64,000 bases of DNA from an uncultured Gammaproteobacteria bacterium (GCA_964406795.1 CAYOTA010000005.1:14235-78234), one strand, 5' to 3'. Positions 1 through 10,232 are shown, counted from the first letter of the stretch. The notes: generated by a model from the sequence alone, not told the origin. Numbers and translations: made by a program.

Positions 1-44
1 ATCTTTCACAAAGTGAAAGGCAGGCACGAGACTTATTTTGTTTT

Positions 45-130
45 GGAGAGGTGACCGAGTGGCCTATGGTAACGGTTTACTAAACCGTCGTCCGCAAGGA
101 CCGAGAGTTCGAATCTCTCCCTCTCCGCCA
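45..130 (+). tRNA. Class II (long variable arm) tRNA, Ser identity (G73 discriminator, 3-bp D stem); hand-folded anticodon loop UUACUAA gives the unusual anticodon ACU (GCU expected)
   Basis: Acceptor GGAGAGG pairs with CCTCTCC, then G, then encoded CCA. D stem ACC/GGT. Anticodon stem ACGGT/ACCGT. Variable stem GTCC/GGAC. T arm GAGAG-TTCGAAT-CTCTC. Confidence 0.75.
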
Positions 131-133
131 ATT

Positions 134-472
134 ATGAGAAAAGATGCAGAACAAAAACCACCTCTTACAGGAAAAGATATTTTACCAATAAATACTATTG
201 AACTTTCAGGCCATGCTCTTTCTAGATTCCAAATGCGCACCGGATTAACACTCATGGAAACCGTGGAACAAATGAGGGGCAGATTAGCCAACGCGACCTC
301 AATAGAGAATCACACTAAAGTAAAAATAAACAAAAAGAAAGGTAAAACATCACTTTATTTCCAAGATTCTACCGACCCTGATTTGGTTTTTGTAGTTGAT
401 AAGAAAACAAAAAAGGCTGGCTATTTGATAAGTACGATATTGTTTCCCTTAAGGAGCACTCTACGTTCGTAA
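134..472 (+). CDS. Small DUF4258-like (putative toxin-like) protein directly downstream of tRNA-Ser
   Basis: In-frame ATG at 134 within the listed 38..472 ORF (the upstream part overlaps the tRNA). The motif IELSGHALSRFQMRTG followed by a beta-rich tail resembles the DUF4258 family as I recall it. Confidence 0.35.
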   Translation: MRKDAEQKPPLTGKDILPINTIELSGHALSRFQMRTGLTLMETVEQMRGRLANATSIENHTKVKINKKKGKTSLYFQDSTDPDLVFVVDKKTKKAGYLISTILFPLRSTLRS

Positions 473-576
473 GCAAATTCATATAGTTAGCTTTCTCTCT
501 TACTCGTTATTTACACCTCAAACTGTTACCATTTTGTAAGGATTTTAAATTGTAAAGGATTCCTATAGGTGGTATC

Positions 577-1230
577 ATGATATACATGACGCAAGCAGTT
601 CCTGAAGCAAAAACTACACCACAACCAACACCCGACGAAACCCAAGAGACAAACGGATTTGGTGTTCCAACTGCCGGACAAAATGAGCCTATCACAAATA
701 CCCAAGCAGTTGTCACCGCTGCTCAAAATTTAGAGGCAGAAACAGGAGTGGTTGATTTCGCAACTAAAGAAATAACTGAAGACCAGAACGTATCGGCTCA
801 GCCTTCAGCAGAACACACACAACCTACAGACATTCACCCTGAAGTAATAGCAGTAGGTGTTGAAGTTGTAAGTCCACACGAAGAAGTACAAGAACTTGAT
901 GCAGCTGCACAAGCACTAGGAGGTGGAGTTGTAGGATCAGTTGCGTCAACTCAGGGTCTTGGACAAGCTCAAGTTGAAATGAATCCCCAACCCTCTCCAG
1001 AACCCGAACTAATTATTTCTGAAACTGATGCGTTTGATGCAAGGAAGTCTCGAAAATTTGAAAAAGGTGAGGGAAGCGTATACAGAAGTGCCGTTATGGG
1101 AAGGTTTAAAGAATTGCTGCATGCCAAAATTCCTAAAATATTTGGCGGACGAAAAGAAATACCTACAGCTCAAGGGCAAAATAATGTAATCCCATTCCCT
1201 CAACCGCAGGAAACAAAAAAAGCGGCATAA
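577..1230 (+). CDS. Hypothetical acidic, low-complexity protein
   Basis: 217-aa ORF rich in T, P, Q and E. It lies immediately upstream of, and probably co-transcribed with, the coupling-ATPase gene (stop at 1230, next ATG at 1233). Confidence 0.45.
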   Translation: MIYMTQAVPEAKTTPQPTPDETQETNGFGVPTAGQNEPITNTQAVVTAAQNLEAETGVVDFATKEITEDQNVSAQPSAEHTQPTDIHPEVIAVGVEVVSPHEEVQELDAAAQALGGGVVGSVASTQGLGQAQVEMNPQPSPEPELIISETDAFDARKSRKFEKGEGSVYRSAVMGRFKELLHAKIPKIFGGRKEIPTAQGQNNVIPFPQPQETKKAA

Positions 1231-1232
1231 CC

Positions 1233-3668
1233 ATGAATACTTTTGAAACAGTAGATTTAATAATAAATGTGTTAATGGCGCTAATCATCTCGTTTTTATT
1301 ACTGAGCGTTTTTATTGCCATGGGAATTGGCACGTTCATAGGATATAAAATTTGGTCAAAAAACAAAGCTCGGCAAAAAAAAGCGCTGGACATGGTATTA
1401 CTGGAAGTCCAACTTCCTCGCGAAAACGAAATAAAAATAGATGCAGCCGAACAAATGTTTTCTGCTTTTACCGGAATCAAAGGAGTTAAAGGAAGACTTG
1501 GCTTTACAAAAGTTCCGGATCACATTGTATTCGAAATTGTGGCAAAAACTGGAGATATTCGATTTTATGTCTCAATGCCAAAAAAACTTCAGGATATGGT
1601 AGAAAAACAAATCCATGGAGCATATCCTGACGCAGCTATACTAGAAGCTGAAGAATATGATTTGTTTACCGATGACAGCAAGGTGTCTTTTGCAGGTCTG
1701 GTCACTAAAAAAACAGCTCCTTACTCACCTATCAAAACATACCAAAATTTAGCTGTTGACCCTATGTCTACCATTGTTTCAACGTTAGGTAAAATGCAGG
1801 AGGGTGAATCAGCCGCTATCCAAATATTGATAACCCCTGGAGGAGATGCATGGAAAAAAGCCGGGAGAGCTCACGTAACCGGAATTAAAAAACGGGAAGC
1901 AAATTCAGAAACAGCAAAATACAATGTAGACCAAAAAGAACTGGAGGCAATTGAACAAAAATTAACAAAGCCCGGATTTAATACATATATTAGGCTTGTT
2001 GTATCCTCTTCATCCAAGGAAGCGGCAGATGCACATTTGGAAAATATGATTACATCGTTTACACAGTTCTCGTCCTACAATTCTTTCAGTAAAGAAAAAT
2101 TCAAATACTTTAAGGGAATGTTTATGGTGGACTTTATTTATAGAACACTCCCGCTTTTGAAACAAGGATCCATCTTGGCAACCGATGAATTGGCTACTCT
2201 TTTTCACTTTCCTAATAAGTCCGTGGAGTCCCCACATATCCACTGGCTGGCGGCGCGCAGTGCTCCTGCTCCAGCAAGCATCCCTACAGAAGGATTATAT
2301 ATTGGAAAAAGTGTATACCGTGGGTATGAAAAACCAATTTTCATAGGAGATGATGACAGACGGCGCCACATGTACATTATTGGAAAAACCGGTGTAGGAA
2401 AATCCGAGTTTTTGAAGGATATGATTCTGCAGGATATTAGGGCCGGTCACGGCGTGTGCTTTATTGATCCTCATGACACTATTGATTTAATTCTTCCTCT
2501 AATTCCGCCGGAACGGGCCGAAGATGTAATCTTGTTTGACCCATCAGACACAGAACGCCCCATGGGGCTTAATATGCTTGAGGCTACCACTGAAGAACAA
2601 AAACATTTGGTTGTAACTTCCATTATTGGTCTTATGTATAAACTCTTTGACCCTAATCAAACCGGTATCATAGGTCCCAGGTTTGAACATGCAGTTAGAA
2701 ACGCTATGCTCACGGTTATGTCAGAGCCGGGAAGTACGTTTGTTGAAGTTATGCGTGTCTTAACTGATCAGAATTTTGTGCAAGAATTACTACCTAAAGT
2801 GAAAGACCCAATTATAAGACGCTACTGGACTGACCAAATTGCACAGACCTCAGATTTCCACAAATCTGAAGTTTTGGATTACATCACCTCTAAATTCGGA
2901 CGGTTTGTTACCAACACCATGATGAGAAATATGATTGGACAGTCTGATTCTTCATTCAATTTTAGAAAATCTATGGATGAAGGAAAAATTTTATTAATTT
3001 CTTTGGCTAAAGGAAAAATTGGTGAAGAAAACTCAAGCTTTTTAGGACTCGTGTTAGTTCCAAAGATTCTGGTAGCAGCCATGAGCAGACAAGATATTCC
3101 CCAAGAGCAAAGACGCGACTTTTTCCTCTATGTTGATGAGTTTCAAAACTTTGCAACAAAAGACTTTGCGCAAATTTTGTCAGAGGCCAGAAAATATAGA
3201 TTAAATCTTATTGTAGCCAATCAGTTTATAGGGCAAATTGAGGAAGAAATTAAAAACGCTATTTTTGGAAACGTGGGAACAATTGTGTCTTTCCGTGTAG
3301 GAGTTGCTGACGCAAACTATCTGCAGCATGAATTCCAGCCCACATTTGGAGAAGCTGATCTTATTAATATAGAAGCACGTCACGCGTATGTTAAAACAGT
3401 TGTTAAAAATGAACCCGCTCCCCCATTTTCTATGGATTTAACCCGTGACTTGGAGGTAGAGCGCAAATTGTCCAATCCACGCGTTACTGAATTAATTAAA
3501 GAATTATCCCGACTTAAATATGGAAAACCCAGAGAACTTGTAGAGGCTGAAATTGCAAAACGCTCTAAATTATTTGAAGTGTTTGGTGACTTAGGACCTG
3601 GCGAAACCGACCCATTTAATGGTGGTGAAGGAAAATTAGGAAGCGGAAACGGTGGCGGAATGGTGTAA
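1233..3668 (+). CDS. Type IV secretion/conjugation coupling-protein-like ATPase (VirD4/TraG/TraD family)
   Basis: N-terminal TM helix. Walker A IIGKTGVGKSEF and Walker B FLYVDEFQNF. The C-terminal region ANQFIGQIEEEIKNAIFGNVGTIVSFRVGVADANYLQHEF resembles the conserved tail of T4 coupling proteins. Confidence 0.55.
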   Translation: MNTFETVDLIINVLMALIISFLLLSVFIAMGIGTFIGYKIWSKNKARQKKALDMVLLEVQLPRENEIKIDAAEQMFSAFTGIKGVKGRLGFTKVPDHIVFEIVAKTGDIRFYVSMPKKLQDMVEKQIHGAYPDAAILEAEEYDLFTDDSKVSFAGLVTKKTAPYSPIKTYQNLAVDPMSTIVSTLGKMQEGESAAIQILITPGGDAWKKAGRAHVTGIKKREANSETAKYNVDQKELEAIEQKLTKPGFNTYIRLVVSSSSKEAADAHLENMITSFTQFSSYNSFSKEKFKYFKGMFMVDFIYRTLPLLKQGSILATDELATLFHFPNKSVESPHIHWLAARSAPAPASIPTEGLYIGKSVYRGYEKPIFIGDDDRRRHMYIIGKTGVGKSEFLKDMILQDIRAGHGVCFIDPHDTIDLILPLIPPERAEDVILFDPSDTERPMGLNMLEATTEEQKHLVVTSIIGLMYKLFDPNQTGIIGPRFEHAVRNAMLTVMSEPGSTFVEVMRVLTDQNFVQELLPKVKDPIIRRYWTDQIAQTSDFHKSEVLDYITSKFGRFVTNTMMRNMIGQSDSSFNFRKSMDEGKILLISLAKGKIGEENSSFLGLVLVPKILVAAMSRQDIPQEQRRDFFLYVDEFQNFATKDFAQILSEARKYRLNLIVANQFIGQIEEEIKNAIFGNVGTIVSFRVGVADANYLQHEFQPTFGEADLINIEARHAYVKTVVKNEPAPPFSMDLTRDLEVERKLSNPRVTELIKELSRLKYGKPRELVEAEIAKRSKLFEVFGDLGPGETDPFNGGEGKLGSGNGGGMV

Positions 3669-3670
3669 AA

Positions 3671-4516
3671 TCAAGATAACTTTTTACCCAAAACACCTTT
3701 TAATAATTTTTCCTGTTCTTTTTTTAACTCTTTAATATATCTTTCGGGCACTAAGTCTTCTGGCATTTTCCCACCAATTTCTCTGATTGTTTGTCTTACT
3801 TTTTTGCCAATTTCAAAATGTGTGCTACTGGATTGGTAGTCTCCCTTTATATTTTCATTTCTTATCTTTTCATCTGTTTGAGTTATCCTGAATAAATTGG
3901 CGGCAAGCTCTGTTGAGCCGGCCCTATCTAAAACGTCATCTTTCCCAATTTTTTTCCTACTTTGAATTTTATCTTTTTTCATCCCATATAGTCCTTCATA
4001 TCCCGCATTATTAAATCTACCGAAATTATTTACACCAGCCTGCTTTGCCGTTTGAAAAAGTTTCTTGTTGTGGTCTTTCACCTCATCTCTTATAAATAGT
4101 CTTTTTTCATTGTCTTCTAATTGTGCTGAGATTTCTTGTCGCCTAGTTTGAATAGCAAAGTAAGTTTGAGCTAGTGAAATTTCTTTTTTTCGAGAGTCTC
4201 CATTTTGTGCTATAAGATAACAAGCATATCTAGATAACTTATAATCCTGAACAGACCTGGAAGCTTCTCTAGGACTTCCTTTCGCGATTATTATCATTTT
4301 ACCGACGTCGGTAAAATGATCAAAAACATCTTGTCCGCTATTCTTACAAGCTAGTTTTGCCTTCTCAATTACAACACTCTGGAAATTACTCCACTTACTA
4401 TATCCTAAAAGAGGCATTAACTCCCGTGCCTCCCAATACTCAATGCCATTTTCATCAACTTTTTTAATCTGTTCAAAATTTTTACTAGGACTTGTTGGAA
4501 ACTGAGAATTATTCAT
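3671..4516 (-). CDS. dinD: DinD-like DNA-damage-inducible protein
   Basis: IEYWEARELMPLLGYSKWSNFQSVVIEKAKLACKNSGQDVFDHF and YKLSRYACYLIAQNGD match the DinD pattern as I recall it. Confidence 0.5.
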   Translation of the reverse strand: MNNSQFPTSPSKNFEQIKKVDENGIEYWEARELMPLLGYSKWSNFQSVVIEKAKLACKNSGQDVFDHFTDVGKMIIIAKGSPREASRSVQDYKLSRYACYLIAQNGDSRKKEISLAQTYFAIQTRRQEISAQLEDNEKRLFIRDEVKDHNKKLFQTAKQAGVNNFGRFNNAGYEGLYGMKKDKIQSRKKIGKDDVLDRAGSTELAANLFRITQTDEKIRNENIKGDYQSSSTHFEIGKKVRQTIREIGGKMPEDLVPERYIKELKKEQEKLLKGVLGKKLS

Positions 4517-4741
4517 TGTGGTTCATAATATAACAATTGAAAATAGTCAATGTCAATTAAAATTATTGAATGACTTCTCCTCCTTCAAGTACATGGTCAT
4601 CGCGAGGCTACATGGTAGCCGTGGTGATCTCTTGAGATTGCTACGCTCGCAATGACAAACCCGCTGGGAAAAAGTGAATTCACTAAAGTTATTTCTGAGC
4701 ACTGTGGGGCAAAAAATGATCTTGTTTGGTACAAATAAATT

Positions 4742-4816
4742 TGGTGGAGCCGACAGGATTCGAACCTGTGGCCAGGTGTGTATAAGACACCTGCTCTACC
4801 GCTGAGCTACGGCTCC
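4742..4816 (-). tRNA. tRNA-Ile with UAU anticodon (reads AUA)
   Basis: Reverse complement GGAGCCG-TA-GCTC-AGCGGTAGAGC-A-GGTGT-CTTATAC-ACACC-TGGCC-ACAGG-TTCGAAT-CCTGT-CGGCTCC-A-CCA gives a full cloverleaf with anticodon loop CUUAUAC. Confidence 0.8.
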
Positions 4817-4913
4817 AAGTGTTAGCATTATACCAAAATAGGAACACGCCTACAAAGAATTTGCTGCTGAGGTTGTAAGATCACCTCTAAATCCTCTATA
4901 ATAGTTTTATCCC

Positions 4914-6605
4914 ATGAAAAGAATTGTTTTAGCATTTATATTCACATTTTTTATAGCCTTTGCCTTCTCTATAACTTCACAAAAAGCATACTCTGATGAA
5001 TTGGATGAAATTAGTAAAAAAATTGCTGATTTACAGTCCGCACTCTCCTCATCTGAGCGCGCAACTGCTCCTTTCCTGGTACAGTTAAACCAACTCAAAA
5101 CACAGCTTGACGGAATTACCAACCAAGTAGCCGTTACTGAAACAAATATTGCCGTTAAGAAAAAAGGTATAGATAAAGGGTATATAGATTTAGAAGCGCA
5201 AACAGATGTGTTTAATAAAACGGTCAGAAATTACTATATTAAAAGCTATTTATTCTCCCCTATTTTAGTGTTTTTGTCCTCTGATGACGCGCAAAACGCA
5301 ACCAGGCTTATTGCATATCAAAAAAAAGGACAAGACCAGGACAAGTCGATTCTGACAAATATCGCATTAAAAATTGTAGACTTAGAGCAGCGTAAAGATG
5401 CTTTAGAAGAAGAGCAGCAAATCTTAACTGCCACAAAAACAAAGCTTGATATCCAAAATGCGGAAATTAAAAAATTGGTTGATGGAGCCAAAGCATATCA
5501 GACCACGTTGTCGTCACAAATTGCTGAAATGTCAGCAAAACAACAAAGTATTATTAACCAAAGATCAGGAGGATTTACGGCTACCATTGGTGACTCGGGA
5601 CTAGCAGATGACTATAATGCCTCAATCAAGGGATTTAAAGAATCTGCCCCAAGCGGATACTTTGCTGTTTTCTCCTTTGGCGCTCACACTCATAGAAAAG
5701 GTATGAGTCAATACGGGGCACGTGGTAGAGCACAGTCCGGTCAAGATTTTAAAACAATTTTAAAAGCATATTATGGGAAAGAACCGGTTTCAAAAGATAC
5801 GGGTGGAAGTATTAAGGTAGCAGGTTTTGGAGAAATAGATTTTGAAGGAAAATATCTGTATGGCATTGCTGAAATGCCTTCATCGTGGCATCCTGAAGCA
5901 CTTAAGGCGCAGGCAGTGGCCGCCCGTACATATGCCTACAGATATAAAAATGAAGGAAAAGAAATATGTACCACTGAAGCATGTCAAGTATATAATGATG
6001 GCAAGGCAAACAGCGTTCCTCAAGCTTGGAAAGACGCTGTTGACTCCACAAAGGGGCAGGTTTTAGAAGGTGTAGTTACCTACTATGCATCCACTCACGG
6101 TGGTTTTGCCTCCCCCATTGGGTGGGATACTACGGACGGAAGCGGCGGATCCAGCTTTATAGACAAGTCTTATGATAAAATTGGTGGATCTCCATGGCTT
6201 TATAAAGCATGGTACACCAAGGGTTATAGTGTGTCTTCAGACAAATGCGGCAGATCAAATCCATGGCTGTCTCCTGAAGAAATGGCAGACATAGTTAACG
6301 CAGCCCTTGCCCTTAAAACTTCCGGTATTGATACAGGAAGAATTACCCCTGTGACCACTTCCTGCTGGGGTGGTGGAACCCCATATAGTATGGATGAGTT
6401 AAAAAATTTAGTATCTGGCAATGGTGGGATTTCTCAAGCAACCAGTGTTACTGTTACTCAAGGAAATGGAAGCACAAATAATGTAACTATAAACGGTGTT
6501 TCACTGTCCGGTGAGGACTTTAAGCGAGCATTTAATCTCCGCGCTCCCGGATATCTTGCGATCCCCCAGTCAGGATTTGCATTCTTTAATATAGAAAGAA
6601 AATAG
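4914..6605 (+). CDS. Secreted SpoIID/LytB-domain protein (peptidoglycan-remodelling) with an N-terminal coiled-coil region
   Basis: Signal peptide MKRIVLAFIFTFFIAFAFS. SpoIID motifs GMSQYGARGRAQSG and YLYGIAEMPSSWHPEALKAQAVAARTYA. Confidence 0.6.
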   Translation: MKRIVLAFIFTFFIAFAFSITSQKAYSDELDEISKKIADLQSALSSSERATAPFLVQLNQLKTQLDGITNQVAVTETNIAVKKKGIDKGYIDLEAQTDVFNKTVRNYYIKSYLFSPILVFLSSDDAQNATRLIAYQKKGQDQDKSILTNIALKIVDLEQRKDALEEEQQILTATKTKLDIQNAEIKKLVDGAKAYQTTLSSQIAEMSAKQQSIINQRSGGFTATIGDSGLADDYNASIKGFKESAPSGYFAVFSFGAHTHRKGMSQYGARGRAQSGQDFKTILKAYYGKEPVSKDTGGSIKVAGFGEIDFEGKYLYGIAEMPSSWHPEALKAQAVAARTYAYRYKNEGKEICTTEACQVYNDGKANSVPQAWKDAVDSTKGQVLEGVVTYYASTHGGFASPIGWDTTDGSGGSSFIDKSYDKIGGSPWLYKAWYTKGYSVSSDKCGRSNPWLSPEEMADIVNAALALKTSGIDTGRITPVTTSCWGGGTPYSMDELKNLVSGNGGISQATSVTVTQGNGSTNNVTINGVSLSGEDFKRAFNLRAPGYLAIPQSGFAFFNIERK

Positions 6606-6628
6606 AAATAGTAGAGTATAATAAGCTT

Positions 6629-7330
6629 ATGCCAGATTTAACCCTCCAAGGAGAATTTGTATTACCTAAAAAATCAGTAGAACCTGCAAAACAGCCAGAT
6701 GCACTTAATCAAACGAATGCCCCAAAAGCACCTAAACAATCGGTGGACAAAACGGGAACCAACACGCATGAGCGGAAAAATATGCATTTTTTCTCGTCAC
6801 TTGGATATTATCCTAGTAACGTAATCTTCCAAAACCAGGAGGCGGATGAGGAGGTTGTGCTAGTTGTAAGACGCGACCTAATAACAAATGTTCCTTGGGT
6901 ATTGTCTATGATCATATTGCTTATACTACCGGTAGTACTCGCTCCACTGTCTCCCGTCTTTTTCCCAAATTTATCAGTATCCCCTATTCTTGTAACGGTA
7001 ACACTGGCTTTTTATTATTTGATTGTATTTAGTTTTTCACTTCTGTACTTTGCTATCTGGTACTTTAACGCAGGAATTATAACCAACAAACGCGTAATTG
7101 ACCTTGATGTTCCAAATATCTTAGTACGCCATTTGGCAGAAGCTCGTCTTGTCAGTATTGTTGACGTTGCGTTTTCCCAGGTTGGAGGGATCAGAAGCTT
7201 TTTTGACTATGGAAATGTAGATTTACAAACAGAAGGACTTCAGCAAAATATTGAGTTTGATAGGGCACCTGACCCTAACTTTATCAGAAAAGTAATCGGA
7301 GAATTATTAGTTGATAAACCATCATCATGA
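6629..7330 (+). CDS. Membrane protein with bacterial PH (YdbS/YdbT-like) domain
   Basis: Two TM helices followed by the motif NAGIITNKRVIDLD, typical of bPH_2 proteins. Confidence 0.45.
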   Translation: MPDLTLQGEFVLPKKSVEPAKQPDALNQTNAPKAPKQSVDKTGTNTHERKNMHFFSSLGYYPSNVIFQNQEADEEVVLVVRRDLITNVPWVLSMIILLILPVVLAPLSPVFFPNLSVSPILVTVTLAFYYLIVFSFSLLYFAIWYFNAGIITNKRVIDLDVPNILVRHLAEARLVSIVDVAFSQVGGIRSFFDYGNVDLQTEGLQQNIEFDRAPDPNFIRKVIGELLVDKPSS

Positions 7331-7569
7331 CTATAGAAGATATATACACACAATTTACGTTATTTTTTCAAAACCAGGATTTAATTCTCAAGGGAATTCT
7401 TTTTGTACTTTTACTATTATTCTTACTTTTTACGCTTGTATTCGGACGTCAAATTGATATTTTAACAAAGGTTATAAATCAGGTAACCTTTTCACCCATC
7501 TTTAAATTAATGGGTTACGGCCTAACCGTTGTAACCCTTATACTTTTAGTACTTGTCATAATCGTGTAA
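7327..7569 (+). CDS. Small membrane protein (2 TM)
   Basis: 80-aa hydrophobic ORF whose start overlaps the upstream stop (ATGA). Confidence 0.4.
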   Translation: MTIEDIYTQFTLFFQNQDLILKGILFVLLLLFLLFTLVFGRQIDILTKVINQVTFSPIFKLMGYGLTVVTLILLVLVIIV

Positions 7570-7588
7570 GATAGATATATCTGCCACC

Positions 7589-9373
7589 ATGGAAACACAC
7601 CACATAACAACCGGTAAAATCGTATCATCTCCTACTGACACGACCTGGGCGCAAGCATATAGCGCGGGTAAACTCTACACAGTATTAAGCCTAAAAGGAA
7701 CATCTGACACAACACTTGCAGCCCTCGGGAAAGATATAAATGAAAAGCTCCAGCGGGAGTTTTTTGCACTGGATGACAAATCACTTGCAACCATTAAAAA
7801 AGCTGTTGAAACATCTGTGTCAGACGTGCCTTCTGAAACAACTTACTCACTAGTGTTGACCACTGTTGTAAACGATGCGCTGTACATAGTTATAGCAAAT
7901 AGCGGATATATAGTTTTAAAAAGAGGAGACAATGCATCAGTAATTGCTGCAGGAGAAAATAATTCTATAGCTACATTCTCTGGAAAATATGAGACACATG
8001 ACATATTTATCTTAACAACAGGAAGTTTTCTAAAAACTATACCGCTTGAAGAGGTAACAAAAACGCTGGAGGACGCAAACCCTCATGAAATTGCTGAAAG
8101 TCTTGCTTTACTAATTCACGAAAAGTCAACGGGTTTAGAGGCAGGATTAATTATTAAAATGGGCGGACATCAATCCCCTATTGCAACGCCACGAGATGAA
8201 ACAGTAAGCACACAAGAACAGGAATTGGAAGAAAAAAATGACCATTTAGAATTAGGTGAGGAAATGCCTCAAGGCTCAAAATTTGCGCTTCCTGTCCTAG
8301 GTCTTACTGGTCTTCGAAATCTTATTCCTAAAAGATTCTCAAGAAAGCAGCTTATAGCTGGTGCAATTATTGTGCTAGTCATTGTTTTGGGTGGAGGAAT
8401 ATTGCTTGAAAATAGTAAGCGTCAGGACGCACAGCTAAATACTCAAGCACAAGCTCTTGTAGATTCACAAAAGGAACGGTTTGACGAAGCAGTGGCAGTA
8501 ATTGGCCTTAATAAATCACTCGCCATCGAACAGCTTTCGGGAATTAAAACAAATCTTGAACCAGAACTGAATAAATTCCCAGAGGGAAGTGAGTCACGCA
8601 AAACTATTGATGACTTTTTAAAACAGATTGAAGAAGCCCTGGGAGGAAACACCTCATCTGGTAGCTCACCCATTAGTGTTTTTCTTGAACCTAAAGATGA
8701 CATCAAAACAATTGCATTTGTAACAAACAAAGGAGGAACACTTACAATTTCTGGAGGAACCACAGCCAGCACCATTTCCAGCACTGGAGGCGTTGAAAAA
8801 ACTTTTGAATCAGAAAACGCAAAGGGAATATCCGCTTCAGAAACGAATATTTTTATACTGACTTCAAAAGGAGTCCAAAAAATTGAAAAGTCATCTGGAG
8901 ATGCTGACGAAATATTTGAGGCCGCCGGAAAAAGCATTGACACATTTGGTGACAACATATATGTTTTGGAAGGAAAAACTATCAATAAATATAGACCAAA
9001 TACCTATGCGAAAGAAGCGTATTTAACAGGTGACATAACGTTAACTGATCCTTCAAGTATTGCTATAGACTCATCCATTTATGTTGTGGACGAGGGTAAA
9101 ATAAAAAAGTTCACCAGAGGCGCTGAGGATTCATTTAGCTATAATGGCCCAAGTCTTTCTAATAAATCCCTCGCATACACTGATGAAGAATATACAAATC
9201 TGTATGTGGCTGACCCTGCCTCTAAAATGGCGTATGTCATAGGTAAATCAGGAAATAAAGTAAGTGAAGTGAGCCTTAAAGGAATGAGAACTATAACAGG
9301 AATTTCAGCATCTGAGACTGAAAAAAGAATATACATTGCAGGAGACAATAAAATCTACTCCATTAATTTTTAA
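7589..9373 (+). CDS. Hypothetical protein with a central TM helix
   Basis: 594-aa ORF with TM LIAGAIIVLVIVLGGGILL. No recognisable catalytic motif. Confidence 0.45.
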   Translation: METHHITTGKIVSSPTDTTWAQAYSAGKLYTVLSLKGTSDTTLAALGKDINEKLQREFFALDDKSLATIKKAVETSVSDVPSETTYSLVLTTVVNDALYIVIANSGYIVLKRGDNASVIAAGENNSIATFSGKYETHDIFILTTGSFLKTIPLEEVTKTLEDANPHEIAESLALLIHEKSTGLEAGLIIKMGGHQSPIATPRDETVSTQEQELEEKNDHLELGEEMPQGSKFALPVLGLTGLRNLIPKRFSRKQLIAGAIIVLVIVLGGGILLENSKRQDAQLNTQAQALVDSQKERFDEAVAVIGLNKSLAIEQLSGIKTNLEPELNKFPEGSESRKTIDDFLKQIEEALGGNTSSGSSPISVFLEPKDDIKTIAFVTNKGGTLTISGGTTASTISSTGGVEKTFESENAKGISASETNIFILTSKGVQKIEKSSGDADEIFEAAGKSIDTFGDNIYVLEGKTINKYRPNTYAKEAYLTGDITLTDPSSIAIDSSIYVVDEGKIKKFTRGAEDSFSYNGPSLSNKSLAYTDEEYTNLYVADPASKMAYVIGKSGNKVSEVSLKGMRTITGISASETEKRIYIAGDNKIYSINF

Positions 9374-9716
9374 TATGGACACATCTTTTAAAAATTTTCA
9401 AGAACGCTTAGAACACATGTTATTATTTCAATTAACTCTGAATTTAAAAAGTGGAAAATTGGAACCTTCTGAGGCGCAAAAGATCGCTTCAGAATACTTG
9501 AAAATTATAGCCAAAACAAAAGAAGAACTACTACAGGGAATAATCAACATGGGCCACACATATGTAGTAATTGAACCAGTTGTCGCAAAGTTTTGCGCTG
9601 AATATGATGAAGATTTTAGGAATGACGTACTATCTCATATGAAATCAAAACTACAAACCGGAGACATGGACGGAGCAATTGAAGAAGGAAAAAAGATAGG
9701 AGGAGTTCATGCTTAG
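9336..9716 (+). CDS. Hypothetical protein
   Basis: 126-aa ORF that overlaps its neighbours in operon style. Confidence 0.35.
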   Translation: MQETIKSTPLIFNMDTSFKNFQERLEHMLLFQLTLNLKSGKLEPSEAQKIASEYLKIIAKTKEELLQGIINMGHTYVVIEPVVAKFCAEYDEDFRNDVLSHMKSKLQTGDMDGAIEEGKKIGGVHA

Positions 9717-10173
9717 TGCAATTGGATCCATAGCAAGAGGTATGGCTCGAGGGATAGGAAAAATGGGAGGAGAAACCATGGAAGCGGGACCCCGAATAGC
9801 GGAAAAGATAGCTACACCTCCAAAATTAGCGATTGAAAAACCGGCTGTATCTCAAAGTCTTGTGCCAAGAGTGTTAGATATTGAATCCAGTGCTAAAAAA
9901 GGCGGACGTGGCGGAGCACGAGGAGGTCTTCAGGAAATTTCAGATGGTAAGCTTACAGATAATACAACTTCCGATAGTGCTGAGGAGGAGGCTCAACAGG
10001 ATTTAAGCAAAAGAGAATTTGCTGATCCATTTGCGGGTCTGCCTACACCACCACCTCAACCGTCATACCCGGGAGAGGGGTTTAATGTTGTTTCAAAAAC
10101 GCTAGAGGAATTACCTGAAGCGATTGGCGCAAGCCCCACGAACGTAGAAGTCAAAGCCCCCCAAGGAAGATAA
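9709..10173 (+). CDS. Hypothetical Gly/Arg-rich protein
   Basis: 154-aa ORF followed by a terminator hairpin. Confidence 0.35.
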   Translation: MLSAIGSIARGMARGIGKMGGETMEAGPRIAEKIATPPKLAIEKPAVSQSLVPRVLDIESSAKKGGRGGARGGLQEISDGKLTDNTTSDSAEEEAQQDLSKREFADPFAGLPTPPPQPSYPGEGFNVVSKTLEELPEAIGASPTNVEVKAPQGR

Positions 10174-10203
10174 ACATCAGTGGTGCTGTATTCCCACAAA
10201 AAA

Positions 10204-10228
10204 AGCACTCGATTAAGAGTGCTTTTTG
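10204..10228. terminator. Bidirectional rho-independent terminator hairpin
   Basis: AGCACTC-gattaa-GAGTGCT flanked by an A-run and a T-run. It sits between the 9709..10173 gene (+) and the tmRNA 3' end (-). Confidence 0.6.
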
Positions 10229-10232
10229 TATG

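Noticed and set aside
38-133. N-terminal extension of ORF 38..472
   Set aside because: It overlaps the tRNA-Ser gene. Only the part from ATG 134 can be coding.
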